A stretch of 64,000 nucleotides of DNA from Dipteris shenzhenensis (Eukaryota), in the NCBI GenBank assembly GCA_047967505.1, contig CM106538.1. One strand, given 5' to 3'. Both the position numbers and the translations under genes were made by a program. Below the pieces are notes generated by a model. The model was not told the DNA's origin and searched no databases. It saw only the letters and a program-made list of their open reading frames with translations. Shown piece after piece: positions 40,605 to 54,459 of this stretch (its first letter is position 1; each line of letters opens with the position of its first letter).

Positions 40605-41816
40605 TGTTGGAAAGGTCACCTCCCCATCTGTAAGCCCCCAAATGAGGAGAGTGTGGGGGAGGGAGACCTAGGGCATGATGTGCCCAAAGAGAGATTACCT
40701 GGATGTGTGGATGTGGGACAGATCTGGAGCATTCATGGTTGGTGGGGTATCCCAAGGATGAAAGGCTGCATCAGGAGCAGCTCATGTGCAGGAAGATGGC
40801 AGGGACACAGTGTCTTGGATCAGGCCTGGCATGAGGCACTCAGTGGACTGCAGAAGGACCCTATGAAAGGCGCGATGACATCACCAGTGTACGGAATTGT
40901 ACGGTGCTAGAGAAGAGCCTGGCAGAGGGTAGGCTGCCAGTGGGCAGTGGCATGCCTTATATAGGTTGGGCCCCTGCCTTGATTGGAGGGCCAAAAGCTC
41001 TAGAAGTGTGGGCCAAAGGGCCCTAGTTTTGTGAGCCCTTAAAGGGCTGGTTGGGCTGAGCCAACCAGGTCGGTTGGGCCAGCCAACCTGGTCTATCCAG
41101 TCGGCCCAGACAGACTGGTCAGGTTTTTGACAGGCCCCTAGGCCTATAAAAGGAGGGGCTTCATGCCCCATTATTCATCCAACATCCAGTAGAAAGTGGA
41201 GCAGACAGGAGCAGCCTGAAGGCATTCCCTTTGGCCTCATCTTGGAGGTAAAGGAGAGTTGAAGGAGTTCCGCAGACTGAGTTCCCTAAGGGCTGGCACC
41301 GTGGCTGTCTTCTAGGGCCGCAAGGTGTTGTGATCATCATACCTTCTGGAGAAGCCATTCACAAGCAAGTTGGAGCAGTGGAACAGGGACCTGTGTGCTG
41401 CAGACAAAGCTTGGCAGGGGCTGCCCACCTAGGCTGATTCACAAGCAGTAAGGTGGAGAAGAACACACCGGATAGAAAGTCTATAGACGCTTGAGGTGGA
41501 GCACGCGGACTCGAGTCTAGAGATAGCCAGCAGATAGGAGGAGGACCTTGTGGTTAGATCAGAGGACCACACCATTGGTGGGACTTTGGATCTATCTCTT
41601 TTGTATTGTGTCCATAGTTTTGGACGGAAATATATATTTTGGTGTCTTCTATATCTAGTTGGTTCATTGTCTATTGATGAGTCTGCACATCTATGTTGAA
41701 TGCATATAAGTAAAGAAATTTGTGATTCCACACCCCACACGCACACTGTGTGAGCTCCTAGGCATTACTATAAGTCATCCGCGCTGTGTGTACCCTCTGT
41801 TGGGTCATTTCTAACA
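40605..41816 (+). repeat. LTR family A, complete ~1.2-kb copy
   Basis: TGTTGG..CTAACA termini, CCTATAAAA ~41143, homologous to the 18491, 42711 and (inverted) 46434 copies. Confidence 0.85.
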
Positions 41817-42134
41817 TGCAAGATGGACATCCAATAGCATATGAGAGCCAAAAATTAAAACCAATAGAATGCAATCATAGCACATATGATAAAGAATTAA
41901 CCGCTGTTGTTCATGCCTTACAAATGTGGAAACATTATTTGATGGGATCTGAGTTTCTTATCAAAACTGATTAGCAAAGTATCAAGCATTTGTTAACTCA
42001 GCCACTAATATCCGATAGGCACATCAAGTGGGCATGATTTATACAGAGTTTTCAGCCCATGATTCAGTATCAACCTGGAAAGGAAAATGTAGTTGCTGAT
42101 GCTCTTAGCAGAAAGCCAAGTATTAATCACATCA
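41817..42134 (+). pseudogene. Ty3/gypsy RNase H fragment
   Basis: QDGHPIAYESQKL..YDKELTAVVHALQMWKHYLMG..IKTD*..IQYQPGKENVVADALSRKP. Confidence 0.88.
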
Positions 42135-43250
42135 TTGTTGTAGAGACCCAGCAGAGCCCAAGTAGGAGGCTCACAGGTGTGGGAGCCTGAAGGTAGGGAC
42201 CCTGCTGAAGGACAACCCTGATTCAGAAGCTCTAGGGAATCCACTTCCATGACTGGAGGATTGTGCCCTTGCGAGAAGGAGGGTGACTCAGGTTCAGTCA
42301 GGTGCATTTAAGGTTCGCAGTCCAGGTGATTTGGAGATGTACTTTTGTTGCAGACCCTGCCAAAGGAAGGACGGGTTGAAACAGACCCTCAGAGCATGAT
42401 GCCTGGAAGACTCCAGGTTGTTCACTCAATATGAGGGGGACAACTGGAAGATCGTGGAGGTGGGGTTGCTCGAATTGAAGGCAGGAATGTGACGGAAGGG
42501 GGTGGTGCCAGGAGGTGCTACCAGAGATGGACCTGTGTACCAAGATGGTGTGCGGAAGCGGAATCAGACTTGGTAGAGCAGGAGCCATTGGATGAAAAGC
42601 CAGGAAAAGATTTCGACACCGAAAAGTTCCAGAGGACTACGACCAGGGAGTTACGGGATCATCTTCATCGACGTGTTGGCATTGGGCCTGGATGTGTCGG
42701 TGAGAGGGGGTGTTGGAAAGGTCACCTCCCCATCTGTAAGCCCCCAAATGAGGAGAACGTGGGGGAGGGAGACCTAGGGCAGGATGTGCCCAAAAAGAGA
42801 TTACCTGGATGTGTGGATCTGGGATAGATCTGGAGCATTCATGGTTGGTGGGGTATCCCAAGGATGAAATGGTGCATCAGGAGCAACTCATGTGCAAGAA
42901 GATGGTGGGGACACAATGTCTTGGATCTGGCATGAGGCACTCAGTGGACTACAGCAGGACCCTATGAAAGGCACGATGACATCAACAGTGTACGGAATTG
43001 TATGGCACTGGAGAAGAGCCTGGAGAGGGTAGAACCAGCAGGACAAACAGGCACTGACATGGTAGGTCAGGAGCACAAGTGTACAGGGCTACTGGTAGAG
43101 TAGTAAATGGGGCTGCCAGTGGGCAGTGGCATGCCTTATATAGGCTGGGCCCCTGCCTTGATTGGAGGGCCAAAAGCCCTAGAAGTGTGGGCCAAAGGGC
43201 CCTAGTTTTGTGAGCCCTTAAAGGGTTGGTTGGGCTGACCCAACAAGGCT
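42135..43250 (+). mobile_element. Family A fragment: non-coding segment, PPT and 3'-truncated LTR starting at 42711
   Basis: GAGAGGGGG immediately before TGTTGGAAAGGTCACC at 42711; 42340-42620 homologous to 22610-22880. Confidence 0.8.
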
Positions 43251-44049
43251 GATGTGGCAAATAATGTTGGGAATAGCCAAAGGCTTTACAAGGCTCAAGT
43301 AATGTGTACAATGCCAGAAAATAGCCAATAGGCTTTACAATGGTGACATGTGTGTCAAAAATAATATGATGTGCAATCTGCCCACTGAACAATCGACCAA
43401 TGCCTTTGAAAACTCTAAAGTCTGCTCACAAATGTGTGGAAGGTCGGGTTTCAGGACATGTGATGATGTGAAACCACATGTGAGCATAGGGACTATAGGA
43501 ACTATTTGGGAATTTTTGGGCATGGCTTCAATTGGTTGCTTTGGAGTTCTCTTCTCTGGGGATGACTAATCTACTGTAATCTAGATCTAGACCAACCCTC
43601 GAGTGATGAAAAGCAGCAAATAATTCCTTCTTCTTTAGTTCATTTTTGGTGTTGGGTCAGATGCCTGATGTAGAGGCTTATGTGCGTGCAAGAAGTGGAT
43701 TTGATGCCACGGATAAAAAGTGTATGATACTTGCTTCAAAATATTCATGTGATGTGACATGCGCATAGATCACAAAAAATAGAATGCTTTTCCTTATTGG
43801 AGTGCCCTCGAATTCTTTCTGGATCAAGAGATATAGCTTGATCTAGGTGGAGGGGCAAAAAATGAGAAATGATAATGTGGCAAGAGGGGTCACATGCTGA
43901 GATAGTGCCTTTGGAGAGGTGTGCCATTGGAGCATGGCAGCTAGGTGCACATGAAGGTTGCACAATGTGCTTGTAGATCATCATTTTACTAGATACAAAA
44001 TCAATAATCCATGGGGTGTTGAAAAAGTCGGAGGGGAGACATCATGGAT

Positions 44050-46100
44050 ATCATGGCTAATCAGCATCGATCAAGTCGACTGGTGAGTTCATTTCAATGG
44101 AGAAAGCATGCCTCCCCTTTGTCAGCCAAGCCACCATACCCCAGGTGAAAAACTCGTGAATCCTTCACACCTTGGTTGCAATCTTGAGAGAGCACCACCA
44201 AATCCTTTAAGCCAAAGGGAAGCTCCATAGGCAATGTGCTATCATCTCCTGCCATGCAATTGTGATAGATCTCATCACTACCCATGGGTAGACCATCGTA
44301 GGCCATTAGCCAACAAAACTACAAGATCTTCCTTGGATAAAGGCTGGTCCAAATATGGGACCAACATTTGGTAATGACCTCAACGGGTGCCTATTACCCC
44401 AAACTGTGGTGCTCTCGTGAAAGCGTCAAGGCAAGGCATCCAACTGCAACCGTAGGTGCACTCCCTAGGGTCCCACTAAAGCTCCCAAAGAATGCCCCTC
44501 CCAAAGCCATAAATATCACTAAGTGATCTCAGTCCCACTAAAGCTCCCAAAGAATGCCCCTTCCAAAGCCATAAATATCACTAAGTGATCTCATCACTAT
44601 AAGGTTAGGGGTCAATTGCCAAACTGTACTCTGGTCATGAAACCACTTTGATCCTTTGCCATTACAATGGTCGAAGGTATATGCCTCCCCAAGTTCTATG
44701 TCCCTTAGCTTGCATTGTAGCTGTAGTAACCCTCCTTGGGTTATATTGTAGAAGACCAGGTAAAGGTAACCAATGTCATAATCCATGAAGAAGACTTTGA
44801 GTGGGAGACCTATCCCAGAGGGATGCACTAAATCTTGGGGCCATGCAAAACTCCTCTCACCACCCTTCAGTACCAAGTCATTCCCAAAAGATCTCAATGC
44901 CCCACAATCTCTCTCCTTGCCAGTGACACCCTTGTTGAGTGCTTTAGTAGAGGAGCTTTAGATGCACAATCTCTAGCAATGGAGCTATCTCCTAATTTGT
45001 CAAGACATCCAAACTTGGTAGTTGAACTATTGCACCATTTGGCCTCCAAATATCGATTTGAAGCCAAGATGTGAGGTTCTCCTTTGTTGCTATGAGGAAG
45101 CCAACAATTGATTTGTTTCAGTTGATCTTGGCCCCAGATGCCTGATAGTAGATTAGTAGATCTCTAGTAGGTGCCGCACCTGCTCCAAGCTAGTTGTTGC
45201 GCCCTCCACAATATCCTCCACAATAAGGTCATGTCATCTACATCTCTGAGTCTAAGCACTCCTCCTCTTGCTAAATCAAAGCTGCATCCCTACCAAACCA
45301 TCCTCTTGTGATCTAAGGAAATAGCCCAAGGCCTTGGCCATACACAGAAATAGGGCAACCGCATCACACCAAGCAGAGAGGCAAAATACCTCCTTTGTGT
45401 GACCTATCTAGTTGAAGCAGGTTGTATACAGAGAGTAGAGATCCCATGTACCCATCACTCTGGGAAGCCCAATCTCCTCATGATCACGCCCAATCGACCC
45501 TGTCATAGGCCTTCTCAAAATTTAAGAGGAGGATCGCAAGGGGCTTAGCTCTTGGTGTGTCCACTCAATGGCCTCGTAGAAAGTGAAGCTAATGTCCAAA
45601 ACCTGCAAAACCTGGCTCCCATACAAAGCATGTCTATCTGCAAAATGATATCTGGGAGGTAAGGCCACAACCACAAGTACCTTGGCTAAGGTCATGTATG
45701 CAATATCTAGAAGAGTGATCAGGTTTCTCATTGTTGAATGTCGGTCTTGTCTCAAATCCATCCGTGTGCAAGGGTCTAAGGGAGCTACAAACAATAAAAA
45801 GCTCCTCAAAAGCCAAGCAGCACAAGGTGCCCAAGTGCTCCCAAAAGGAATAGCAGAGACAAGCCATCTTCCCTCAAGCATTCTTGCATCGGGAGGGCAA
45901 TAATGCTTGAGCCCATCAAGGAGTTCCACCTCAATGAAGGGGGTTTGTAGCTGTCTCATCATCCCATGGAGAGACCATTGATTGGATGTTGGCCCACATC
46001 TGAAAGTCTCCTCCTTTGCTTGCAAGGGCTAGCGAGTCATCTCTAAAATCTTTTTTCCCCCCCAAAGAAAAGAAACTTCTATTAATGATTGAAAAACACC
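44050..46100 (-). mobile_element. Degenerate L1-like LINE reverse transcriptase region
   Basis: LNFEKAYDRVDW at ~45525-45490, decayed GCPIS (~45360) and DVDDMTLL (~45240) in the expected order; boundaries approximate. Confidence 0.75.
44470..44593. repeat. 62-bp tandem duplication
   Basis: Units 44470-44531 and 44532-44593 differ at one position. Confidence 0.93.
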
Positions 46101-46433
46101 ATACAAAATGAACTTTCAAAAGGAGTTGAGGAGATGGTAAGTACAATGACGAAGAAGCTAGTTGTTAGCCAGAAAAACCAATCTGTTTCCAAAGATCCCA
46201 ACTCACTACCTAGAGAATCTCCAAAACAAGGGCTAACAACTAGGGTGGTGGTTTATACATCTAGCAAATACCCCTCGCAGAAAGGGTGTGAAAGACTCCT
46301 ACAGACCAAGCCTTGCAGAAACGCCCCCACCTTTCGACGGTCGCTCTCAATCTTGAAGTATCACGCTCCTAGGTAGCACGCAGAGTGAAGATGTCTTGCT
46401 ACTAGGGTAGGCGTCCAGGGGACCTATTGGTGT

Positions 46434-47135
46434 TGTTAGAAATGACCCAACAGAGGGTACACAGCGGAAGACTTATAGTAATGCCCAAGAGCTCATAGAG
46501 CGTGCATGTGGGGTGTGGGATCATAAACTTCTTTACTTATGCGCATTCAACATAGATGTGCAAACTCATCAATAGACAATGAACCAGCCAGATATAGAAG
46601 ACACCAAAATATATATTTCCATCCAAAACTATGGACCCGATACAAAAGAGATAGATCCAGAGTCCCACCAATGGTGTGGTCCTCTGATCGAACCACAAGG
46701 TCCTCCTATCTGCTGGCTATCTCTAGACTCGAGTCCGCGTGCTCCACCTCGAGCGTCTGTGGACTTTCCGCCCAGTGTGTTCTTCTCCACCTTATTGCCT
46801 GTGAATCAGCCTAGGTGGGCAGTAGCCCCTGCCAAGCTTTGTCTGCAACACACAGGTCCCTGTTCCACTGCTCCAACCTTCTTGTGAATGGCTGCTCCAG
46901 AAGGTATGATGATCACAACACCTTGCTGCCCTAGAAGACAGCCAAGGTCTTAGCCCTTAGGGAACTCAGTTTGCAACACTCCTTCAACTCTCCTTTACCT
47001 CCAAGATGAGGCCAAAGGGAATGCCTTCAGGTTGCTCGTGTCTGCTCCACTTTCTGCTGAATGTTGGATGAATAATGGGGCATGAAGCCCCTCCTTTTAT
47101 AGGCCTAGGGGCCTGTCAAAAACCCGACCAGTCTG
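46434..47135 (-). repeat. Inverted partial copy (3' ~700 bp) of LTR family A
   Basis: Reverse complement of ~41107-41816; ORF-track peptides 41429-41746(-) and 46539-46814(+) are nearly identical. Confidence 0.9.
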
Positions 47136-47206
47136 TGTCGACAGTTCAGATTGTAGTTGATTCAGGTAGTGTTTTTTCACAGTCACTTTGAGTACTATCT
47201 TGCACC

Positions 47207-50200
47207 ATGTCTACCACTAGCAAACTCAATTTGGAGGCATCTGCTAAGTTGGATAACTCAAATTACAACACATGGAAATATCTAATGGAGACCATTCTTG
47301 TACTTTAATATACAAATGGGTGTATGCTGATGGGTCATTGAGATATGGTGCCATGAGCACATATATTAGAGGCTAAGGTATGGTATAGGAAAGAATTAAC
47401 GTAGCCACCCTAGGATGTGGACTACATGAATGTGGATCAAGGATATTCACAAGGAGAGATGTGGATAAGAGGATCCCATAGGTGTTGACTATTCTAAGGG
47501 CACTCTCTATATAAGAGGCCTATCATGTATTGTTGAGTTGTATTGTTGAGTAAGAGAAATTCACATACACTCAAGATTCTGTTTATGAGTCCAAGCTAAT
47601 CTATCTTGGAACCTAATTGACTTGAGGTACATGTCATGAACACTCTCTTCATCATGTTTGCGCTTAGGTTGCATCCTCCTTAGATTAGTGTTTCATTAGG
47701 ATGTTGTCTCATGAGTAGGAGAGCTCGATCCCCCGATTTGACATGGTATTAGAGCTTAGGTCTAGCTCTCCTTGATTAGTTGTAGGCACACCTTAGGTAC
47801 TCATGGTTTCTCTTGACTAAATCTTGAAATTCCATTTAGAGATTTTCATGTGAGAGCTTCCAAAGTTAGGGAGAGAGAATCGAAGTTAGGGAGAGAGAAT
47901 CCCGCTTCAAAGAGGCAGCTACCCAAGGGCGACTTCATCAGGGCTCCATCTAGCCTACAGCTTCAACAAACATGAGACGGCCCTCCAAATGATCTACTCC
48001 ATGCACATGAAGCTCTTCTCCAACCGTGGATCTTCAAGCTGGTCAACAACCTCATAGCCATCGACTCGGCTAACTCCAAAGCAAGCTTCTAAGTTGCCTA
48101 TTGCTCCAACAAACTCAAAAACGTAACCATGCTCCTGGCTTCTTAGAAGACTTCCACATCCAGCATGTAACTAGTAGCAGCAGCGAGCCATGAGCTCCAT
48201 TTATGCCTTGCGCACAGCCTTCCCTAGTGGCTCCTATCACATGCAAAGGTAGCTCCGTTGCTCTCCATCTACGTCCTCCTCTACCAACAGCAATGCGAGC
48301 AGCTCCTCCGAAAGCTTCTACCACAAGCCATAGATGGAGGCTGCAATGACACGGATAACTAGCAGCGCACATAGCGCATCTAGGCTCTAAGTCCCGGCAG
48401 CCTTTAAAATGCCATAGCTCCAACACAGCAGTGCAGCCTCTACAATGCCATCCCTACAACTACACGACAAACTCGCTATAGCTCCTATGACAGTAATCTG
48501 CCTCCCAAGCCAGAGCTCTTCGACGAACACCTTATGCACATGACAAGCCCTTTGACGAGTGCCTTCTACACACGAGGTGACTTGACGCAAAGGGTAGCAG
48601 CTCTCCTCTGTCTCCAAACGTGGCGACTCCAGTGACTACTCTACCGCGTCGCCACAGCGACCCACCAGACGATCAGACATGCAAAATCTCTAACAGTTCC
48701 AAGGTCTTGCGAGTGTGCTCGATTATGAGGCGATCGGTAAGTGACCTTCAAGTGGTAGACGCAAGGATCGGCCACAGCAATGAACAGAGTGCTATGATAG
48801 CGCAATGAACGACGATGTACAAATACGTTAACTCAGATGAGGTTAGGTTATTAGTAAGTTGCAGATGGGTTAGTAGTCAATGGTTGCAAAGTGACACATG
48901 GTAGATAAGCGTAGGCCAACATGACCTTAGGTCATGCCTATGGTAGATTGTTGGACACGTGTCGAGATTAAATTTACCATGGTAAAGTTAATGTAACCTT
49001 GGGTTAACCTATTTGGGTCAAAAGATTACCACATGGCATAGGGCCACCTCAGCATAGTAACCTCTTGCTAAGCACAGTCCTGCAAGCAGCATGTGAATAG
49101 CCAAGCCACATCATCAGAGGCCCCTTTTTTGATCAAAACTTCAATAAGCCGTAACTTCCAATCTCGGAAGAATTTGCACTCCCAAAAAAAAAAAGTGATC
49201 GTCTTTTCAAGCTCTATGCGCTTGTTAGATCAGAATCATTGTATGCAATTATATGCAATTAGACACTGCCATTGAAGAAAAATGAAGCTCATGGTAAGAC
49301 CTTTGCAAGAAATGGAAAAGCGACGCATGATTGCAAAAAGCATGCCAACAACACAAGTGCATGAGATGACCATAGCACAGAACATAGCATCCACACATAA
49401 AGCATTAAGGCACATGGAAGAACAAAGCATCATGCATCAAGCTATGTCAAGCAAAGAAGAGAATGCCATCGACATCAAGTATTGAGAAGCAAAACCTTGC
49501 CACCTTCAGCCCACACGTTTGTAAATCAAGCTTGACCACCTGAGAGCAGCTATGAAAGCACCCACGGGAGGTATTGACATGTAAAAGCCACACTTGACCA
49601 CCTGAAGTAGCAATGCATGCACTAAGGGGAGGTGATGGATTTGTAACTCACATTTGACCACCTTGCGGTAGCCAATGGATCATGGCACCAAGGGGAGGTG
49701 TTGAGATATGGTGCCATGAGCATATATATTAGAGGCTAAGGTATGGTAAAGAATTAAAGTAGCCACCCTAGGATGTGGACTACATGATGTGGAGATGTGG
49801 ATCAAGGATATCCACAAGGAGAGATGTGGATCAGAGGACCCCACAAGTGTTGACTATTCTAAGGGCACTCTCTATATAAGAGACCTATCATGTATTGTTG
49901 AGTAAGAGAAATTCACATACACTCAAGATTTTGTTTATGAGTCCAAGCTAATCTATCTTGGAACCTAATTGACTTGTGGTACATGTCATGAGCACTCTCT
50001 TCATCATGTTTGCACTTAGGTTGCATCCTCCTTAAATTAGTGTTTCATTAGGATGTTGTCTCATGAGTAGGAGAGCTCGATCCCTCGACTTGACAGGGTC
50101 TATACCCAGACCATTTGATAGTCCAGCATATAAGTCCAAGCAGAAGGTTCTACACCTGCAGCAATCATGTGCACATCTGTTGTAGATCCTGCCGTTGCTG

Positions 50201-53200
50201 GAGCAGAGGAAGAATGGGACAAGAAAGACAAATATCCATATCCTTTGATCAAACAGAACATGCAAGATGTCATGCTTGGACAGCTCAACACAGTGAAGTC
50301 ATCAAAATAAGCATGGGATATGTTCACAGCTCTTTACGAGATAAGAACACATCCATGATTCTCACACAAATCAATGAGAGTTTACGTAATTGCAATGAAA
50401 CTGGTATGCTTACATACTCAAAATCAAGGACAATAACAATCAACTCATAGCAGCAGTAGAGACTATAAATCTCACAGAATCATCCTAAATGGACTAGGAG
50501 GGGGATATGAGAATCTAGTCCAGAGTATTGCCATTCAACGGTAAAGTCCAACACTGGAAGAATTACCATCAGTGTTACTTGGTGAAGAACTAAGGATTCG
50601 GGCCATCACATCACTCAAAGGTCATTCCAATGATCAAGCATTCACAGCTTCAGATAGAGGTAAAGGCAAAGGCAGAGATAGAGATAGAGCATCTTAGAGA
50701 AGCAGTCATCAACATCAAAGTCATCAGGAGCAGTATTCGCATCCGCATCCACAACAACAGTAGCATCAGCATCCAAGAGGAAATCATTCCAATTGAGGAA
50801 GATTTCAATGAAGAGAGAATGCATCCTCCACCAACGTGTCTAACATTCAATGCAATTGTCATAAGTTTGGACACTATGAAAGAGATTCTCACAAGAAGAA
50901 AAACAACCAAGGAGATCAATCTAGCAACAATCGAGGGAATTCCCGTGGAAGAGGAAATCACCATGGTGGACATTCAATCACAGTCATTATGCTAATGAAT
51001 CTCAGAATATGTTTCTTGCAGGTGAGGATATGCAAAAATAGTGTATCTTGACATTGATTGCAATTCAAAAGGGGAATGCAGTTATCAAGTTGATCAAGCA
51101 GATCAAGATCCCTGCTACATTGATGGCAGTGCATCATCTCACATGACAAAGCATGAGGAATGGTTCACGGAGATGAAACCACTATAAGGACAGAAGAATG
51201 TTATTTACACTATAGATAACACACCAAATCGAGTTCAAGGGAAAGGCATTGTCCCTATGAACAAATTCACTGGTACGAGAGGATTGATGAAAGATGTACT
51301 CTATGTTCCAAAGCTTAGCAAGAACCTGTTGTTAGTTGGGCTAACGACAGAATACAATGATAGAGTCATCTTTGATGGGGATGAATGCATTATTAGAGAC
51401 AAATCCAAAGGATATCAGCTAGTAGGAAAAGCAATTAAGGAAGGACGCTTGTTCAGAATGCTAGCTTTAGTACTAGATTTGCATGCCATGTGAGCTCAAC
51501 AGCAACCAATGCCACTTTCTGTGGTATGGCACAAGAGATATGGACATGTCAATTTCAATAGTTTGATTCGACTGAGAAATCAGAATATGGCAATTGGAAT
51601 TCCAAAACTATAGTTTCTTGGAAACATTTGCGAAGCATGTTGCTTCTGTAAACAAAAGAGAACAAACTTTGGCAGAAGCACCTCTCAAGCAAGAGGTATT
51701 CTTGATTTAATACTTACAGATGTATAGGGTTGTGCACAGACCCACATCATCAATGGTTCACTTTACTTCTTGACTTTCATTAACGACTACAATAGATATT
51801 GTTCGGTCTACTTTCTGAAAGAGAAATCTGAAGTCTTTTCCACATTTCAAGAATTCAAAGCCATGGTAGAGAACCAGACAGGCAGAAAGGTCAAAGTCAT
51901 GAGATTAGATAGAGGAGGAGAATACATGTCTTTAGCATTCATAAACTTTTGTAGAAGTAATGGCATCCGAAGACAATTCACATCTGTAGATACCCCTTAG
52001 TAGAATGCAATAGCTAAAAGGAAGAATGGGACTTTAGCAAAACAATGGTAGAGCTATGCTCTCTGAGAAGCATCTTCCTAATCAATATTGGGCAAAAGAA
52101 ATTGCCACTACAAACTACTCGTTTAATCGGCTTCCGATCGAACCGATTTAGGGTATGACACCTTATGAAGCATTCACTGGATACACGCCATGCATTGGGC
52201 ATCTTTGCATATTTGGTTGCATAGCATATGCCCACATACATGATGATCATCGTAGAAAGTTGGATGTGAAGTCACACAAATGCATCATGGTTGGCTACAG
52301 TGAAGAAAGCAAAGCATACAAGTTGCATGATCCCATCAAGTGAAAAGTCATAATCTCCACAGATGTAATTTTTGATGAGAATCAGAACATAAAACATCAA
52401 ATACAGGAATGTTCACACCGATTACTTAGTCACCTAGAAGAGTGAGTGGACTTCGAAGACGCAATTGACAAGCCAGAATGGCAAATTGCTATGAATGAAG
52501 AAATGGAAGCTTTGTACAAAAACAACACTTGGGAATTATGTGACCTTCCACCATGAAAGAAGGCCATTGCAAACAAATGGGTTTACAAAGTGAAGTAGCA
52601 AAGATGGATTCCATAAGATTTTTGATATCACTAGCGACACTCAGAAGATGGAATGTGTACCAGCTAGATGTCAAAAATGCTTATTTCAATGGTTACCTAG
52701 ACGAGGAAGTCTACATGCAACAACTAGCAGGGTATGTTGAACCAGGAAAGAGCATCAGGTTTGCCGTCCCAAGAAGGTCTCTACAGCTTGAAGCAAGCAC
52801 CTAGAAGTTGGTATAGCAGAATAGACAAGTATTTTGCTAATCTAGGATACATGAAGTACAATGCAGATCATACTCTCTACTTCAAAATTCAAGGGGAGAC
52901 ATCACTCTTGCAGTTCTATATGTAGATGATTTGATTGTGATCGGAAGCAATGATAGCTTCATCAGCAAGCTGAAACAAGACTTATCTACATAGTTCGACA
53001 TGGAAGATCTTGGACTTATGCACTATTGTCTTGGAATTGAGTTATGAAGAGACTTGGATGAGCTAGCATAAATATGTGGACAGCCTCCTAAAAAAGTTTC
53101 ATATGGCAGATTGCAAGATTGTAGTCTGAAACTTACCAAAGATCCAGATCAGCCTACAGTCAATGACAAGTACTATTGACAACTCATATGATCTCTTATA

Positions 53201-53340
53201 TATTTGACTATGACGAGGATAGATATTTGTTATGTAGTAAGTATATGGCAAATCCAAAACAGTCTCACTGGAATGCAGCCAAGAGAGTCTTGAGATACAT
53301 AAGAGGTACAAGACAGTTTGGAATAGAATATAGAGGAAGT
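47207..53340 (+). mobile_element. Degenerate Ty1/copia gag-pol, interrupted in gag by a non-autonomous LTR element
   Basis: MSTTSK..KLDNSNYNTWKYLM (47207), WVYADG|SIPRP across the insertion, knuckle [81 protein letters not shown]. Confidence 0.9.
47337..50095 (+). mobile_element. Non-autonomous LTR retroelement (~2.76 kb)
   Basis: LTRs 47337-47743 and 49699-50095, TSD GGGTC (47332-47336, 50096-50100), PBS TGGTATTAGAGC 47744-47755, PPT AAGGGGAGG 49690-49698; no gag or pol motifs recognised. Confidence 0.92.
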
Positions 53341-54339
53341 CTCAATATTTGTTCACATACAAGGCCAGACCAACACAATGATCAAGTGGCCATCACATGT
53401 CAATTGCTGTCCCCACACAAATTAGCAAACCACTTGGTGCCATAGAATCTTGAAAGTGCTCAAATCACATGAGCTGTCAGGGGCCTCTCTCCCACGATAG
53501 TCCAGTCAAGTCCAATCTAAAGCTTTGCTCAAAGTGGAGGATCGCCCATGTGTCATGCAAGTATGAGCATAACCAAATTGCCTAGACGGGTAGTCGTTGC
53601 ATATACTATGGACTATTGTAAGGTAGCTTGTTCTGATACCATAAAATTGCTTGTGTCATTGAGCGCTCCATCCACACTATTTCGCTATTCACCAATTCAT
53701 TAATCAACACCATGCCCAGGGGGGGGGGGGGATGTGCCAACAAAGGTGACCTCAAATCCCAAATTGTCATTTTTTAATTTTAATTTTCTTTAATTTTCCC
53801 ATCCTCCTCTAGGGCACATTATATTTATAATAGGCGAGGGCATCCAATCAAAAGATATTGTTGATGATCAAAGCTACCATAAAGTCTATTCAAAGATAAG
53901 GCATGCCAAAACAACAATTTGATCAATCATTAATTGCCATAATAAGTAAGAGTAATACCCTTAGAAGGCAAAGCAAAATGCATATCTCAATTTGCATTGT
54001 CACTTGCATCTAAAATCAATGGATACACTCTTGACATGTGGCATAACATCGTGGCTCTATGTAAAGCTTGGATAGACTAAAGGAATTCCTATGATCACAT
54101 GTTTATTCGTGCAAAATATAGTAGCTATTGCATTATGTAATCTTGGAGACAAACTTTGAATAGAATAAGGGGGCACGCGAAGTCGCTTGAAGCATGTAAT
54201 AGAACAGGAGTGCGTGTGAGAGCTGGTCATTTTCCACCATTGGGATTTAAAGTGCCATGTGGAGAGGCAAAGAGGATGGAAATGGACGGTTGGGATGAAG
54301 GGAAGAAGGATGTAAATTAGGGTTTTCTTGAGCTGCAAG

Positions 54340-54459
54340 GAGAGCGACGAAGGAAGGATGCAAAGTCGCCGGGAAAGCTTGGCGAGCACACCACAGAAAC
54401 CCTAATCGCCATAGCCAGACCTTGCCTCCATCGCCATCGCCTTCCAGCTCCATCCTCAG
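54340..54459 (+). promoter_or_regulatory. Probable non-coding first exon of VDAC with telo-box
   Basis: AAACCCTA at 54397-54404, strong donor CAG|GTATGC at 54460, followed by a CT-rich intron start; transcription start not determinable. Confidence 0.6.

Noticed and set aside
53630-53641. PBS-like TGGTATCAGAAC on the minus strand
   Set aside because: One mismatch, and no associated LTR pair or coding region identifiable.
54390-54410. AAACCCTAA as a telomerase RNA template
   Set aside because: A single telo-box in a Pol II-type first exon followed by a splice donor. No USE/TATA Pol III layout or nearby TR pseudoknot was recognised; the pseudoknot-like region is over 600 nt away.
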